Positions 48,501-57,220 of a DNA stretch of 57,220 nucleotides are shown one piece after another. The stretch lies in assembly GCA_037137395.1 (NCBI GenBank), contig JBAXKK010000004.1, positions 1-57,220 of the forward strand. The letters are read 5' to 3'. Position 1 is the stretch's first letter. Each line of letters begins with the position of its first letter. The notes beneath the pieces were generated by a model. That model was not told the origin of the DNA and did not search any database. It saw only the letters and a list, made by a program, of their open reading frames with translations. The translations under genes were made by a program, and so were the position numbers. This DNA is from Elusimicrobiota bacterium. GTDB taxonomy: Bacteria; Elusimicrobiota; Elusimicrobia; Elusimicrobiales; UBA9959.

Positions 48501-51500
48501 AGGGCAACGATTGGGCTCTCACAAATGGCGGCAGTACGATACTGGGGGGGACAGCCATAAGAGCTCTCGTCTCTTACAAAGGTAAATTATATGCCGGAGT
48601 TTATCCCGGCGGCAAGATCGCCATATTTGACGACGCGACCGGTACCTGGACCGCGTACAATTCCGGAGCCGCGATCTTGGGTGCTTCGTATGTTTATAAT
48701 TTTGCCGTTTACAACGGTTATTTATACGCAGGAACCAACAACGGTAAAGTGGCTAAATTTGACGGCACGAACTGGACCGACAGCCTGATGAGTTCAGGGG
48801 TGTCAGGGGTGGGGGAGGTTGAGTCGCTTGCCGTTTATAACGGCAAACTATACGCCGGATACTATACCAACGGCAAGGTGGCTGTATTTGACGGCACAAC
48901 ATGGCGGGTATCCAACAACAATAACCCTATAATATCGGGGGGGCCGTTGGAGGTGGATGCGCTTGGCGTTTATAACGGCAAACTATACGCCGGCAATGAG
49001 CGCGGCCAGGTGGCTATATTTGACGGTGCAAACTGGACTATGGCCAATGGCGGAGCCGCGATTTTAGGCGCTGGCTCGGCAACATCCCTTACCGCATATA
49101 ACGGCAACCTGTATTTGGGAAATTATTCAGGTTCCGGTAGCGGAGCAGGCGCTGTATTCAACGGCACAACCTGGGCAGCGACACCAATTGTGGGGGCTGT
49201 TGCCAACTGGACTGAAAGAGGGCAATCATTTGCTGTTTACAATGGCAAGTTATATGAGGGAACCTGGCCTTCCGGCATTGTGACCGTGTATGACGGCACA
49301 ACCCGCAGCTTTGCTAACCGCGGCACACCGGTATTCCCGGGGTCGGGTATGGGCGGTGCGCCGTATATCGCTGTGACCGCTCTTACCGCTCATAACGGTA
49401 AGCTATACGCCGCCAGCGACACCGGCCTGGTGGCTGTGATGTCGCCGTCAAGCGTTACGCTTAGCGGATTTGACGGCACTACCGGGGTTCAGACCCTGAC
49501 AGTGGCCGGAAGCCTGAATCTGGCGCATTCAACCAATACCTCTGTCTGTAACGGTTCCTATACCTGCGGCGCTACCAATCAGGTTGTGTTCAATATGACG
49601 GATATGGCCGGTAATGTTAAAACCTACGGCCCATTCGCGATATCGGTGGATATCGGCGCCGGTCCGCTGGCAGTTGCCACGCCAACCTGGCCGGTAAACG
49701 GCGTTTTTGTAAATTTTAAGCGCCCCAATTTCAGCTTTATCGGCATGAGTACCAATACCGCTGCCATGATAACCGGCGCGCAGTATCAGGTAGATTGGGG
49801 GAAGGACCAGAACTTCGGAAGCTATACCTCCACCTCTATGGCCGTGGTTCTCGACACCAACGCCTTTACCATGGACGGCTCTATCGGCCCCAATGCCGGA
49901 TCAGAGCTGGTCGACAATACCACCTACTACTGGCGCGTGCGGGTTAAAACCAATTACAACAATTATGGCGTCAGCGCCAGCACCGGCAGATTTATAACCG
50001 ACTTCACTATCCCGGCGGTTTCAGCTTATCAGGTTATGTCAGCCGACGGTGCCTCGCTGAACGAGAACCAGCCCACAACTCTGTTCAATAATGTCACGGC
50101 GCAGATAACAGTGACTGACGCGGCCGGGCTTGCGGTTTCAACCTCGGCGATTTGGGCCAATGACGCCCATAGCTGGAGCGATCCGTCAGCCGGGTTCAGC
50201 GTAAAATATACCACCAGCGCCGGCGCCAACTGGCTTGAAGACGCCGGTTGGACGGTTATGAACGGCGGCGATGCTATAATCACTGGTGCGAACAGGGTGG
50301 AGGCGCTGGCTGTTTACAATGGCAAACTATACGCCGGAACCAGGTTTAGCAAAGTAGCGGTATTGGACAGTTCAACCGGGAGCTGGACCGTGGCTAATAA
50401 CGGTAATGCTGTTTTGGATAGTGGTGATGGACCGCTAGTTTTTGCCGTTTATAACGGCAAGTTATACGGGAGCGGGACTAACGGCAAAGTGGCCCAATTT
50501 GACGGCACAGATTGGACCGTGACCAATAACAATACCGTGGTAGTGCCGGGCGCGACTATAATGTCGCTCGCCGTTTATAACGATAAGTTATATGCCGGGA
50601 CCAATATAGGCAAGGTTACTGTATTTGATGGCAACACCTGGAGCGTATCCAATAACGGCAACCCGGTATCTACTGGCGCGCAATATGTGGCCGCGCTTGG
50701 GGTTTACAATGGTAAATTATACGCCGGAACCAATCCCAACGGCAAAGTGGCTGTGTTTGACGGCACAAACTGGTCCCAGGCTAACGGCGGTGTCGGAGTC
50801 GGCGGCACAGCCGTGACGGGATGGGCGGTTTATAACGGCAAATTATACGGAAAGATAGCCAACAACGGCGGCGGGGTGGCAGTGTTTGACGCCGCAACCG
50901 GGGTCTGGAGCTCCATTTCTTATTCGCCCTTGGCTAATAGTTTCAATATTGGCGCGATGGCTGTTTACAACGGCAAGTTATACACCGGATACTGGTTTAT
51001 CCCGAAGGTGGCTGTATATGATGGCACGAACTGGACCACCGCTAACAACAACGCCGCGATAACCACCGGGATTAATCTGTTAGGTATGGCGGTTTATGAA
51101 GGCAAGCTTTATGTGGGTATGGACAGCAAGGTTATCGTTATGTCGCCTTCTACCGCGACGCTCACCGGCTATAACGGCACTACCGGGGGCCAGACACTGG
51201 CGGCGTTCGGCAGCCTGAACAATCTGGTCCAGTCCACTAACACTCTGGTCTGCGGCGGCGTAGCCGGCTGCGGCGCTACTAACCAGGTGATATTCAGCGC
51301 TTCGGATATGGCCGGCAATGTCAGGGCCTACGGCCCCTACGCCGTGCAGGTGAATATCGGCGTAGGCTCGTTGGCGATCGCCACGCCCACTTGGCCAATC
51401 AATGGCGCTTATGTTAATTTTTACCGCCCCAATTTCAATTTTATCGGCGTAAGCACCACTGCCGCGGCTATGCTCGGCACCGCCGCGCAGTATCAGGTGG

Positions 51501-54500
51501 ATTACGGGACCGACCAGAGCTTTGGAAGTTATACATCCACCTCTATGGCCATTGTTCTGGCCGATACCAACGCGTTCACAGTGGACGGCGTCGTAGGCCC
51601 CAATGTCGGTTTAGAGCTGGCCGATAAAACCACCTACTACTGGCGCGTGCGGGTTAAAACGATATTCGCAGATTACGGAATAAACATAAGCACCGGCAGA
51701 TTTATAACCGACTTTGCGATTCCGGCTGCCTCGGCTTTTCAAGTCCTCTCCAGCACTAACGGCTGGCTTGGCGAGAGCCAGGCCATAACCCTGACCAATA
51801 ATGTTACCGCGCAGATAACCGTTACCGACGCGGCTGGTCTGGCGGTTTCAACCTCAGCGCTGTGGGGCGGAGGCGGCGGCCTTAACTGGGGCGGTTATAC
51901 CGGCGGGTTCAGCGTAAAATATACCACTTCGGCCGGCGCCAACTGGGTTGATAATTCCACCTGGACAATTTCAGCTAACGCTGTGATCACCGGGGCGACC
52001 GGCGTTTATTCATTTGCCGTTTATAACGGCACATTGTACGGGGGAATGTATCCGGGCAAGGTGGCAAAGTTGAGCAGCGCAACCGGGATCTGGTCCGAAG
52101 ACACAAGTTTTGACAAGGTGGCACTGGGGCTGGGCGATCAGATACTATCGTTTGCCGTCTATAATAACGAATTATACGCGGGATCAAATAATGGTCATGT
52201 GGCTATATTTAGCGGCACAAGCTGGAGAGTGGCCAACAACGGCAACGCGCTGTCGGGGGCGGTGGAGACTCTTGCAGTTTACAACGGCAGATTGTACGCC
52301 GGAACCTATCCCGGCAAAGTATATGCATTTGACGGTTCAACCTGGAGCGTATCGAACAATGGCAACAAGGTAATTACATATAGCACCGGCGGAGACTACA
52401 TTGTAAATACGCTTTGCTCCTATAATGGCAGATTATACCTTGGAGCCAATTGGTATCAGAAGTTAGGTGTATTTGACGGCTCAACCTGGACCACAACTAC
52501 CGCGGACGGCGGTGATCCGCAATCGTTTGCGGTTTATAACGGAAAGTTGTATTCGGGTGGCGATAATTTTGGCAAAGTAGGCATGTTTAATGGCGCAAGT
52601 TGGAGCGTGACTAATGGCGGCAACGCGGTATTCCCTGCCGGAGGGCGCGTGACCGCGCTTATTGTTTACAAAGGTAAATTATACGCTTTTAGCTACGCCG
52701 GCAATGTGGCCGTATTCGACGGCACAAACTGGACTGCGGTTAATAATGGCACCCCTGTAATCGCGACAACAACCGCGCTATTCGCGGTTGCCGTTTACGA
52801 CGACAAATTATACGTGGGGAACGGGACGAGCGGAAAAGTAGCCGTGATGTCGCCTGCTGCGGTAACGCTTACCGGCGGCGACGGCACTACCAACGCGCAG
52901 ACCTTGTCGGCGGCCGGCAGCCTGAATCTGGCCCAGTCAACCAATACCGCGGTCTGCGGCGGCGTCGCCAACTGCGGCGCTACCAACCAGGTTGTATTCA
53001 ACGCCACTGACCTGGCCGGCAATGTTCTTGCCTACGGCCCTTATGCCGTGCAGGTGGACTATGCCGCGTCCTCGCCGCTGATGATTTCTACGCCGTCGTA
53101 CCCCGCTAACGGGGCGGTGGTCGGTACTTCCAAGCCCGGCTTCAGCTGGATAGGAGCCAATACAACTTTCGCTTCGGGTATAGGGCAAGGCGCTAATTAT
53201 AATCTTGAAATCTCACGCGACCCGAGTTTCGCTTCCTTCGATGTGAGGCTGTCAACGCCTGTTGTTGTCGTAAGCACCATGATTCCTACGGTTGACGGCT
53301 ATATAGTTTTAAGCACGCATACATTAAGTGATAATACCACCTATTACTGGCGCGTGCGCGCTCAGACGGCTTTAGGCAATTACGCGCCGTTCATAAGCAC
53401 TTTTAGTTTTATGACGGATGTTACAGCGCCGCAGGGAACCGCGGTAAAAGTGATGATACCGGGCACGGGTTTTGTGGATGTCAACGCGATTTATTCGCCT
53501 TTGGCCGCCGGGCTTACCGTCCAATTCACCCTTGAGGACCCCTGCTCCGGCCTGGCGCTTTCAACGGCTTCGCTTGATAACCTGGCAGGTGGCATAAGCG
53601 TTTTTTATAGTTCCACTTCCGGCAATTCATGGAGAGGCGGCGACTGGTCCGCGCTGAGCGGTGGCGCGGCTATTCCCATTTTCGGCGGGAACTACCCTCT
53701 ATGTATAGCGGTTTACCAAGACAAACTTTATGTGGGATTAAGCAACGGCACAATTGTTTATTTGGATGGCGCTGTATGGAGCGGGGCCAATGGCGGTTCC
53801 GCGCCGTTGGTGGTAGCTAATACCATTACAAGTATGCGGGTTCTCAACAACAGGCTTTATGTAATAAATGACAGTGGCTACATCGGTTATCTCAGCGGCA
53901 CCACCTGGACCAACCTGGGCCGCGTGGCGCCGTATGCCAATAGATTAGGGCCCGTCAATAACAACAGTATTACCGCCTATGGCCCCGGCCTCTATGTTTC
54001 CAACAGCGATGCCAACTGGGTGTTGCTGAGTAGCGCAATGTGGGGGGCTGGAGGTTGGCCTCCTTCCACATCTTATAACGGCCGGGCATATTTTGGTTGG
54101 GACGGGGGTCCTTCTCTAGCGCTGAATATTTTTGATGGTAAGGGCATTAACCTATGGGCGCCGCCGTGGACTAATGCCAATTATGCGCGCAGTATGTATA
54201 CCTACGACGCTAAGTTGATGTACGGCGGGCAGGCGGGCCAGATCAGGTATAACCACGCGGACAACTCCTATCTATCCTATCCGGGTAGCACTTACGGTTT
54301 TTCCACACTTTATAGATCCACCCTGTTATATGCCTATCGCGCCGGTACTCCTAATGCAATTAGATTTGCTTTTGCTGATGAGAAGTCTGTTTTCACTAGT
54401 CCGATGATAGACTCTGCCATGTACTATGCGCAATATCAGGGCAAGTTATACGCGTTTCATGATGCGAATTCGGGTGTAAATATGGGCAAGGGTCTTGTTT

Positions 54501-57220
54501 ACGACCCGCTAAGAATAGAATACACCGGGGGCGACGGCAGCAAGAGTTCTCTGGTCACCGCCTATGGTTTTGATCTGAGGCAGACCACTAATACCGTGCC
54601 CTGCAACGGCGCCTGGTCCTGCGCCGCCACCAATCAGGTGCTTGTGGTTTTCTCTGACCTGGCCGGCAATGTGAACAGGTACGGTCCGTACTCCGTGCTG
54701 GTGGACTATGTGCCCACCAGTCCCCTGTTTATTGCCACGCCCATCTGGCCGGTTAACGGCGCTTATGTAAATATCAAACGCCCTAATCTTAGTTTTATAG
54801 GTATAAGCACCACAGCCGCTAACTCGCTTGGTTTGGGCGCGCAATATCAGGTGGATTACTCGCTCAAAGCTGATTTCTCCGACATCCCCGTCTCCACCTC
54901 AACCCCGCTGGTTGTAGCCGACACCAACGCCTTTACGGTAGACGGCGCTATCGGCCCCAATGTGGATCTGGCTGATAGCACCACTTACTACTGGCGCGTG
55001 CGGGTTAAAACGTCGCTCAGCACTTTTGGCATAAATACCAGCACCGGCAGATTTATAACCGACTTTACGGTTCCGGCTGGCTCGGCTTATCAGGTTCTAT
55101 CCAGCACTAATGGCTGGCTGAGCGAGAGCCAGTCCATATCACTGACCAATAATGTTACGGCGCAGATAACCATAACTGACGCAACCGGATTGGCTGTTTC
55201 AAGCGCAGCCCTTTGGAGCGGCAACGACGGCCACGACTGGGGCGATTACACCTCCGGTTTCAGCGTAAAATATACCACCAGCGCCGGTGTCAACTGGGTG
55301 GAGGCTTCCACCTGGGCCAGTACAGGTTTCAATAGCCTCACAGCATCCATAAATGATGTGATCTCGCTTGCTGTTTACAATGGCGAACTGTATGTGGGTT
55401 CCTATCCCAGCAAGTTGGGAATCTTTAACGGCACCAGTTGGCGCATGGCTAATAATAACAATATGGTGTTTTCCACACTATTGCAGGTGAAGTGTCTTGC
55501 TGTTTATAACGGCAACTTATATGCAGGATCCACCGATCCAAGCGGACAAGTGGCCAAGTTCGACGGAACGACCTGGAGTTTGACCAATAACGGCGCCGCT
55601 ATAGCCGGAACTACGAGAATCTGGTCGTTAGCTGTTTACAATGGCAAGTTATACGCAGGGCTCGACCAAGGCAAAGTGGCGGTATTTGACGGCACAACCT
55701 GGAGCGTGACCAATAACGGCAATGCAATATATGCCGGTGCGACTGGCGTGTATTCGCTTGCTGTTTACAATGGCAAATTATACGCAGGAATCGCTGATGG
55801 CGAGCCTAACCGCGGAAGAGTGGCGGCCTTTGACGGTGCGAACTGGAGCGCAACTACTGATATAGGGTATATGGCTGTTCAGGCGCTTACCGCTTATAAC
55901 GGTAAATTGTACGCGGGAGTTTGGAGCGGCGTTCCTATGGTCTATAACGGTATAACCTGGGATACTGTTAATGGCGGCCAGGCTATATTAAGCGGAATCA
56001 GCCGCGTGCTCTCCTTCGCTGTTTATAACGGTAAATTATACGCCGGAACCTATCCCGGCGGCAGGGTGGCAGTATTCGACGGCACAACCTGGAGCGCGGC
56101 TAATTCCAATAAAGCTATATTATCGGGGTCCAATGCTTCGGGCACGCTTGCCGTTTATAACGGTAAACTGTATTCCGGAACCGACAATTACCAGGTGGCC
56201 GCAATGTCGCCTTCGGGTGTAAATATTACCGGTATCAACGGGACCACCGGGGCGCAGACACTGTCGGCGACCGGAAGCTTGAACAATTTAGTCCAGTCAA
56301 CCAATACCATAGTCTGTAACAGCATGAACTACTGCGGCGCTACTAATCAGGTGGTATTCAACGCCACTGACCTGGCCGGCAATGTGCAGAACTACGGTCC
56401 GTATTCCGTTATAGTTGACTACATGGCCAGCTCGCCGCTGATGGTGTCCACTCCTTCATATCCCGCGGACGGGGCGTCCGTCAGGTACTCAAAACCGGGC
56501 TTCAGCTGGATTGGCATCAGCACGGTTACAGCCGCGATACTGGGCGGAAGCGCGCAATATATACTGCAGGTGGATAATGACAGCGACTTCTCAAGCCCTA
56601 CGGTGATACTTAATAAACCCATAGTTGTGTACAGCACAACCGATTACACCGTGGACGGATTTATACAGGTTACCACCCACACATTAACCGACGGCACATA
56701 CTACTGGCGCGTGGCAGCACAGTCCGGTGTAAGCCTGGGTCAATGGAGCGCGGTGCGCAGCTTTATCCTTGACACGGCGAAGCCGGCTTTCAATAATTAC
56801 AAGATATTTTCCTCAACCGCCGGGCTTATGTCGGAGACGCAGCTTATAAGCCTCACCGGCGGGGTTACCGTTCAGGTGGATGTGCAGGACCTCGGCTCCG
56901 GCCTGGCGGTTTCAAGCAAATCAGTACTAACGGCCTTATCCGGTTCAGCGGGCAGTGATTTTACCAATGGCTTTGGCGTGATGTATTCCACCAATGCCGG
57001 CACGACATGGATACACGGCGACTGGGACACCGTGGATTTAAGCGCCCTGCTGGGGACAGGTTGTGAAGTTACCAATATGGTGGAGTACCAGAACGACCTT
57101 TATCTAGGCCAATCCGGCGGGTGCAATAAGATGCCTGTTTATAATAGCGCCACTGGGAACTGGGGTGTAACTACATTGCAGGCCGGTTTGGTAGGTACAG
57201 GTGGCGTATCGGCGATGGCA
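42512..57220 (+). CDS. Giant modular surface protein (>4,903 aa, 3' end beyond window): at least 9 repeats of FN3/Ig-like scaffold plus beta-propeller
   Basis: ATG at 42512. Hand translation at the start, middle and end stays in one frame (ends AGLVGTGGVSAMA). The ORF track lists no ORF in this frame, as expected if no stop occurs. Repeat spacings are all multiples of 3. Confidence 0.9.
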   Translation, partial: MKTVKETNERAKKVASTFLGTFVSLFDRFGEDFSKKVASTFLRGIKYTVPGITLLVTGYWLLATQPLMAADLFPGRGSAMSSESADLDVSVPALLISTPSYPANGAYVNIPKAGFSWVGVSTAVAQYLVGNSYYTLQIDNDIDFTSPAVILSTPIVLGSTSVYSSDSSIAISTHSLSNATTYYWRVFTVTNGLSVSSGPYSSTFSFVTDFSSPTASGYTILSSSGGWMSESQMVGLFGNGATVRINVADAISGLAVSTAAIWSGNDSHNWGDLTGGFSVKYTTSAGANWVEGAGWKASNGGAVVVSGQSSTYSLAAYKGRLYAGVYSQVGISTDGVNWSQTTLPGNPAHVKSLTAYNNNLYAGTVSGKVFVLNETNDTWSAINGGNSIGGSVGAMAVYNGRLYAAIDVNKVAVFDGTNWSLANNGNPVLTSELYMTAMAVYNGKLYTAGYSSGKVAVFDGTTWGLTNDGNALFTSLPSVMAFAVYNGKLYIGCNGKVSVFDGANWTTTNSGAVLFTGANLTRALAVYNGKLYANTGTNGKMAVFDGTNWTVATANTATTGITYTEALVVYNNQLYIGGDGKVSLLSPSTMTLTGADGTTDPQTLSAAASLNLVQSTNTQACNGSTTCGATNQVVFNVSDMAGNVRTYGPYAVQVDLSASQLYVATPSWPVNGAFVSFPRPNFSFIGVSTNTGAMIGAGSYYYVDYARDENFTTVEGSTTSALLLTDTNAFTLDGAPGPTTELANNTTYYWRVRIKTLINSNYGINISTGWFVTDFSSPTASGYTIYSSTNGQMSESQVINLANGVTAQITVTDARAGLAVSTSALWAGGGQMWGDTTSGFSVNYTTSAGANWLEGSSWTVVNGGPGAWAMAVYNGILYASVGPRVTTFNGTTWTASNGNNVVIPAPGNEWIQAMAVYKGNLYVGSGYNGGGNGLVGVFNGTSWSVANSTLAVVPGGGVLSFAVYNNKLYAGTTIGKIGVFDGTTWQVSNSGNPVITGAASIHALAVYNGKLYAGDWPTGKVAVFDGINWSMSNSGASIGSYLAGFVVYNGNLYARNSGSYPPFRMFDGTSWSSPAAQPPSLDGNTRNSAMTVYNGKLYTGGVAASPDSTKVAVFNGKTWAMSNNGAPVGINWFQGFVVYNDRLYAATGNSLYVMSKTTATLAGADGTTVGQTLAASGSLNLVQSTSSVGCGGVANCGATNQVVFNVTDMAGNVGTYGPYAVVVDSMVSGALELATPTWPVNGAFVNFTRPNFSFVGVSTNTAAILGSGAKYQVDYGTDPGFGLGTYASTSTFVVVVDTNIATVDGAPGPNSNLIDATTYYWRVLVQSGAGTYSVNRSTGWFITDFTAPVASAFSVLNSTGGAYDYRTLIDLINGVTAQINVIDAAPGSGVGSGLAVSASSLWGGSDGHVWSDLTSGYSVKYSSTAGAVWTAGTWNATNGGAAVTSGASTFYRAFSAAVFNNKIYIGDQNGRVFWTANNGVDWTASNGGSALPGNGGSKQSAAVFNNKLYFGDQSGYILESSDGGSWSVVNGGAPLDTGTPAIYALAVYNGRLYAGANNGKVYFSANGSRWSTGVPVANFIGSLVVYNGRLYAADQQTKKVYVSVDGVTWTAINGNAIVSATALNALAVYNGRLYAGDNGRVYESSNGDTWTGGIATGNNIVAGFTTFNGKIYAPDAGGRVFESADPAVRWNATNSGAAITGGDRVVCVYNNKIYTGGDGSSKIHAFTPTPATLTGTDGTTTAQTLTATGLSMAQTTNTYTCNGAFPCGATNQVIFNTTDRAGNVTTYGPFSVQVDIINSGIFVATPAWPVNGAFVNLSKPNFNFVGISTNAASVIGNGARYVVEYSADANFSVVGTTSTLLVLTDTNAITVDGAIGPNASDPNIPALADNTTYYWRVKVKTILSTYSMWISTGRFITDFTQPVPTNFKAVSFGGALMSEGSFVTLARGVTAQITVTDATGLAVSTYALSSSDGHDWGDTTAGFNVKYTTNSGANWIEGNDWALTNGGSTILGGTAIRALVSYKGKLYAGVYPGGKIAIFDDATGTWTAYNSGAAILGASYVYNFAVYNGYLYAGTNNGKVAKFDGTNWTDSLMSSGVSGVGEVESLAVYNGKLYAGYYTNGKVAVFDGTTWRVSNNNNPIISGGPLEVDALGVYNGKLYAGNERGQVAIFDGANWTMANGGAAILGAGSATSLTAYNGNLYLGNYSGSGSGAGAVFNGTTWAATPIVGAVANWTERGQSFAVYNGKLYEGTWPSGIVTVYDGTTRSFANRGTPVFPGSGMGGAPYIAVTALTAHNGKLYAASDTGLVAVMSPSSVTLSGFDGTTGVQTLTVAGSLNLAHSTNTSVCNGSYTCGATNQVVFNMTDMAGNVKTYGPFAISVDIGAGPLAVATPTWPVNGVFVNFKRPNFSFIGMSTNTAAMITGAQYQVDWGKDQNFGSYTSTSMAVVLDTNAFTMDGSIGPNAGSELVDNTTYYWRVRVKTNYNNYGVSASTGRFITDFTIPAVSAYQVMSADGASLNENQPTTLFNNVTAQITVTDAAGLAVSTSAIWANDAHSWSDPSAGFSVKYTTSAGANWLEDAGWTVMNGGDAIITGANRVEALAVYNGKLYAGTRFSKVAVLDSSTGSWTVANNGNAVLDSGDGPLVFAVYNGKLYGSGTNGKVAQFDGTDWTVTNNNTVVVPGATIMSLAVYNDKLYAGTNIGKVTVFDGNTWSVSNNGNPVSTGAQYVAALGVYNGKLYAGTNPNGKVAVFDGTNWSQANGGVGVGGTAVTGWAVYNGKLYGKIANNGGGVAVFDAATGVWSSISYSPLANSFNIGAMAVYNGKLYTGYWFIPKVAVYDGTNWTTANNNAAITTGINLLGMAVYEGKLYVGMDSKVIVMSPSTATLTGYNGTTGGQTLAAFGSLNNLVQSTNTLVCGGVAGCGATNQVIFSASDMAGNVRAYGPYAVQVNIGVGSLAIATPTWPINGAYVNFYRPNFNFIGVSTTAAAMLGTAAQYQVDYGTDQSFGSYTSTSMAIVLADTNAFTVDGVVGPNVGLELADKTTYYWRVRVKTIFADYGINISTGRFITDFAIPAASAFQVLSSTNGWLGESQAITLTNNVTAQITVTDAAGLAVSTSALWGGGGGLNWGGYTGGFSVKYTTSAGANWVDNSTWTISANAVITGATGVYSFAVYNGTLYGGMYPGKVAKLSSATGIWSEDTSFDKVALGLGDQILSFAVYNNELYAGSNNGHVAIFSGTSWRVANNGNALSGAVETLAVYNGRLYAGTYPGKVYAFDGSTWSVSNNGNKVITYSTGGDYIVNTLCSYNGRLYLGANWYQKLGVFDGSTWTTTTADGGDPQSFAVYNGKLYSGGDNFGKVGMFNGASWSVTNGGNAVFPAGGRVTALIVYKGKLYAFSYAGNVAVFDGTNWTAVNNGTPVIATTTALFAVAVYDDKLYVGNGTSGKVAVMSPAAVTLTGGDGTTNAQTLSAAGSLNLAQSTNTAVCGGVANCGATNQVVFNATDLAGNVLAYGPYAVQVDYAASSPLMISTPSYPANGAVVGTSKPGFSWIGANTTFASGIGQGANYNLEISRDPSFASFDVRLSTPVVVVSTMIPTVDGYIVLSTHTLSDNTTYYWRVRAQTALGNYAPFISTFSFMTDVTAPQGTAVKVMIPGTGFVDVNAIYSPLAAGLTVQFTLEDPCSGLALSTASLDNLAGGISVFYSSTSGNSWRGGDWSALSGGAAIPIFGGNYPLCIAVYQDKLYVGLSNGTIVYLDGAVWSGANGGSAPLVVANTITSMRVLNNRLYVINDSGYIGYLSGTTWTNLGRVAPYANRLGPVNNNSITAYGPGLYVSNSDANWVLLSSAMWGAGGWPPSTSYNGRAYFGWDGGPSLALNIFDGKGINLWAPPWTNANYARSMYTYDAKLMYGGQAGQIRYNHADNSYLSYPGSTYGFSTLYRSTLLYAYRAGTPNAIRFAFADEKSVFTSPMIDSAMYYAQYQGKLYAFHDANSGVNMGKGLVYDPLRIEYTGGDGSKSSLVTAYGFDLRQTTNTVPCNGAWSCAATNQVLVVFSDLAGNVNRYGPYSVLVDYVPTSPLFIATPIWPVNGAYVNIKRPNLSFIGISTTAANSLGLGAQYQVDYSLKADFSDIPVSTSTPLVVADTNAFTVDGAIGPNVDLADSTTYYWRVRVKTSLSTFGINTSTGRFITDFTVPAGSAYQVLSSTNGWLSESQSISLTNNVTAQITITDATGLAVSSAALWSGNDGHDWGDYTSGFSVKYTTSAGVNWVEASTWASTGFNSLTASINDVISLAVYNGELYVGSYPSKLGIFNGTSWRMANNNNMVFSTLLQVKCLAVYNGNLYAGSTDPSGQVAKFDGTTWSLTNNGAAIAGTTRIWSLAVYNGKLYAGLDQGKVAVFDGTTWSVTNNGNAIYAGATGVYSLAVYNGKLYAGIADGEPNRGRVAAFDGANWSATTDIGYMAVQALTAYNGKLYAGVWSGVPMVYNGITWDTVNGGQAILSGISRVLSFAVYNGKLYAGTYPGGRVAVFDGTTWSAANSNKAILSGSNASGTLAVYNGKLYSGTDNYQVAAMSPSGVNITGINGTTGAQTLSATGSLNNLVQSTNTIVCNSMNYCGATNQVVFNATDLAGNVQNYGPYSVIVDYMASSPLMVSTPSYPADGASVRYSKPGFSWIGISTVTAAILGGSAQYILQVDNDSDFSSPTVILNKPIVVYSTTDYTVDGFIQVTTHTLTDGTYYWRVAAQSGVSLGQWSAVRSFILDTAKPAFNNYKIFSSTAGLMSETQLISLTGGVTVQVDVQDLGSGLAVSSKSVLTALSGSAGSDFTNGFGVMYSTNAGTTWIHGDWDTVDLSALLGTGCEVTNMVEYQNDLYLGQSGGCNKMPVYNSATGNWGVTTLQAGLVGTGGVSAMA

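Noticed and set aside
43937..57075. Short ORFs listed in the track in this region
   Set aside because: All are alternative-frame or antisense shadows of the giant ORF.
38866..57220. A complete diversity-generating retroelement
   Set aside because: No reverse transcriptase, Avd or adenine-rich template repeat is visible in the window. Kept only as a candidate remote target.

Overview
Bacterial chromosomal window, about 50-55% GC by eye. The style of the secreted proteins and the PorV/FlgD-type export operon outside Bacteroidota suggest Elusimicrobiota, which is an inference only. The left part (1-33.3 kb) is mostly housekeeping: xerC/D tail, divergent hydroxyacyl-CoA dehydrogenase, pdaD-speB, two long coiled-coil genes, rpmB, yjbQ, M16 peptidase pair, uvsE, M20 hydrolase, LOG, a four-gene surface-protein/PorV/beta-barrel/FecR operon, PLD and a POT transporter. 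The right part (33.4-57.2 kb) is an accessory region. It holds a REP-associated HUH tyrosine transposase (RAYT) within its REP repeats, a diverged truncated second copy of an FGE-domain gene carrying an in-frame TTAA MITE, and small toxin-antitoxin/nucleotidyltransferase cassettes separated by degenerate heptamer inverted-repeat arrays. It also holds a secreted FN3-like/FGE-lectin protein. Missing from the ORF track is a giant ORF from 42512 that runs off the window end (>4,900 aa). It is built of about 570-aa modules, each an FN3/Ig-like scaffold with an inserted, loop-diversified beta-propeller, and its N-terminal leader is encoded by three of the window's dispersed DNA repeat families.
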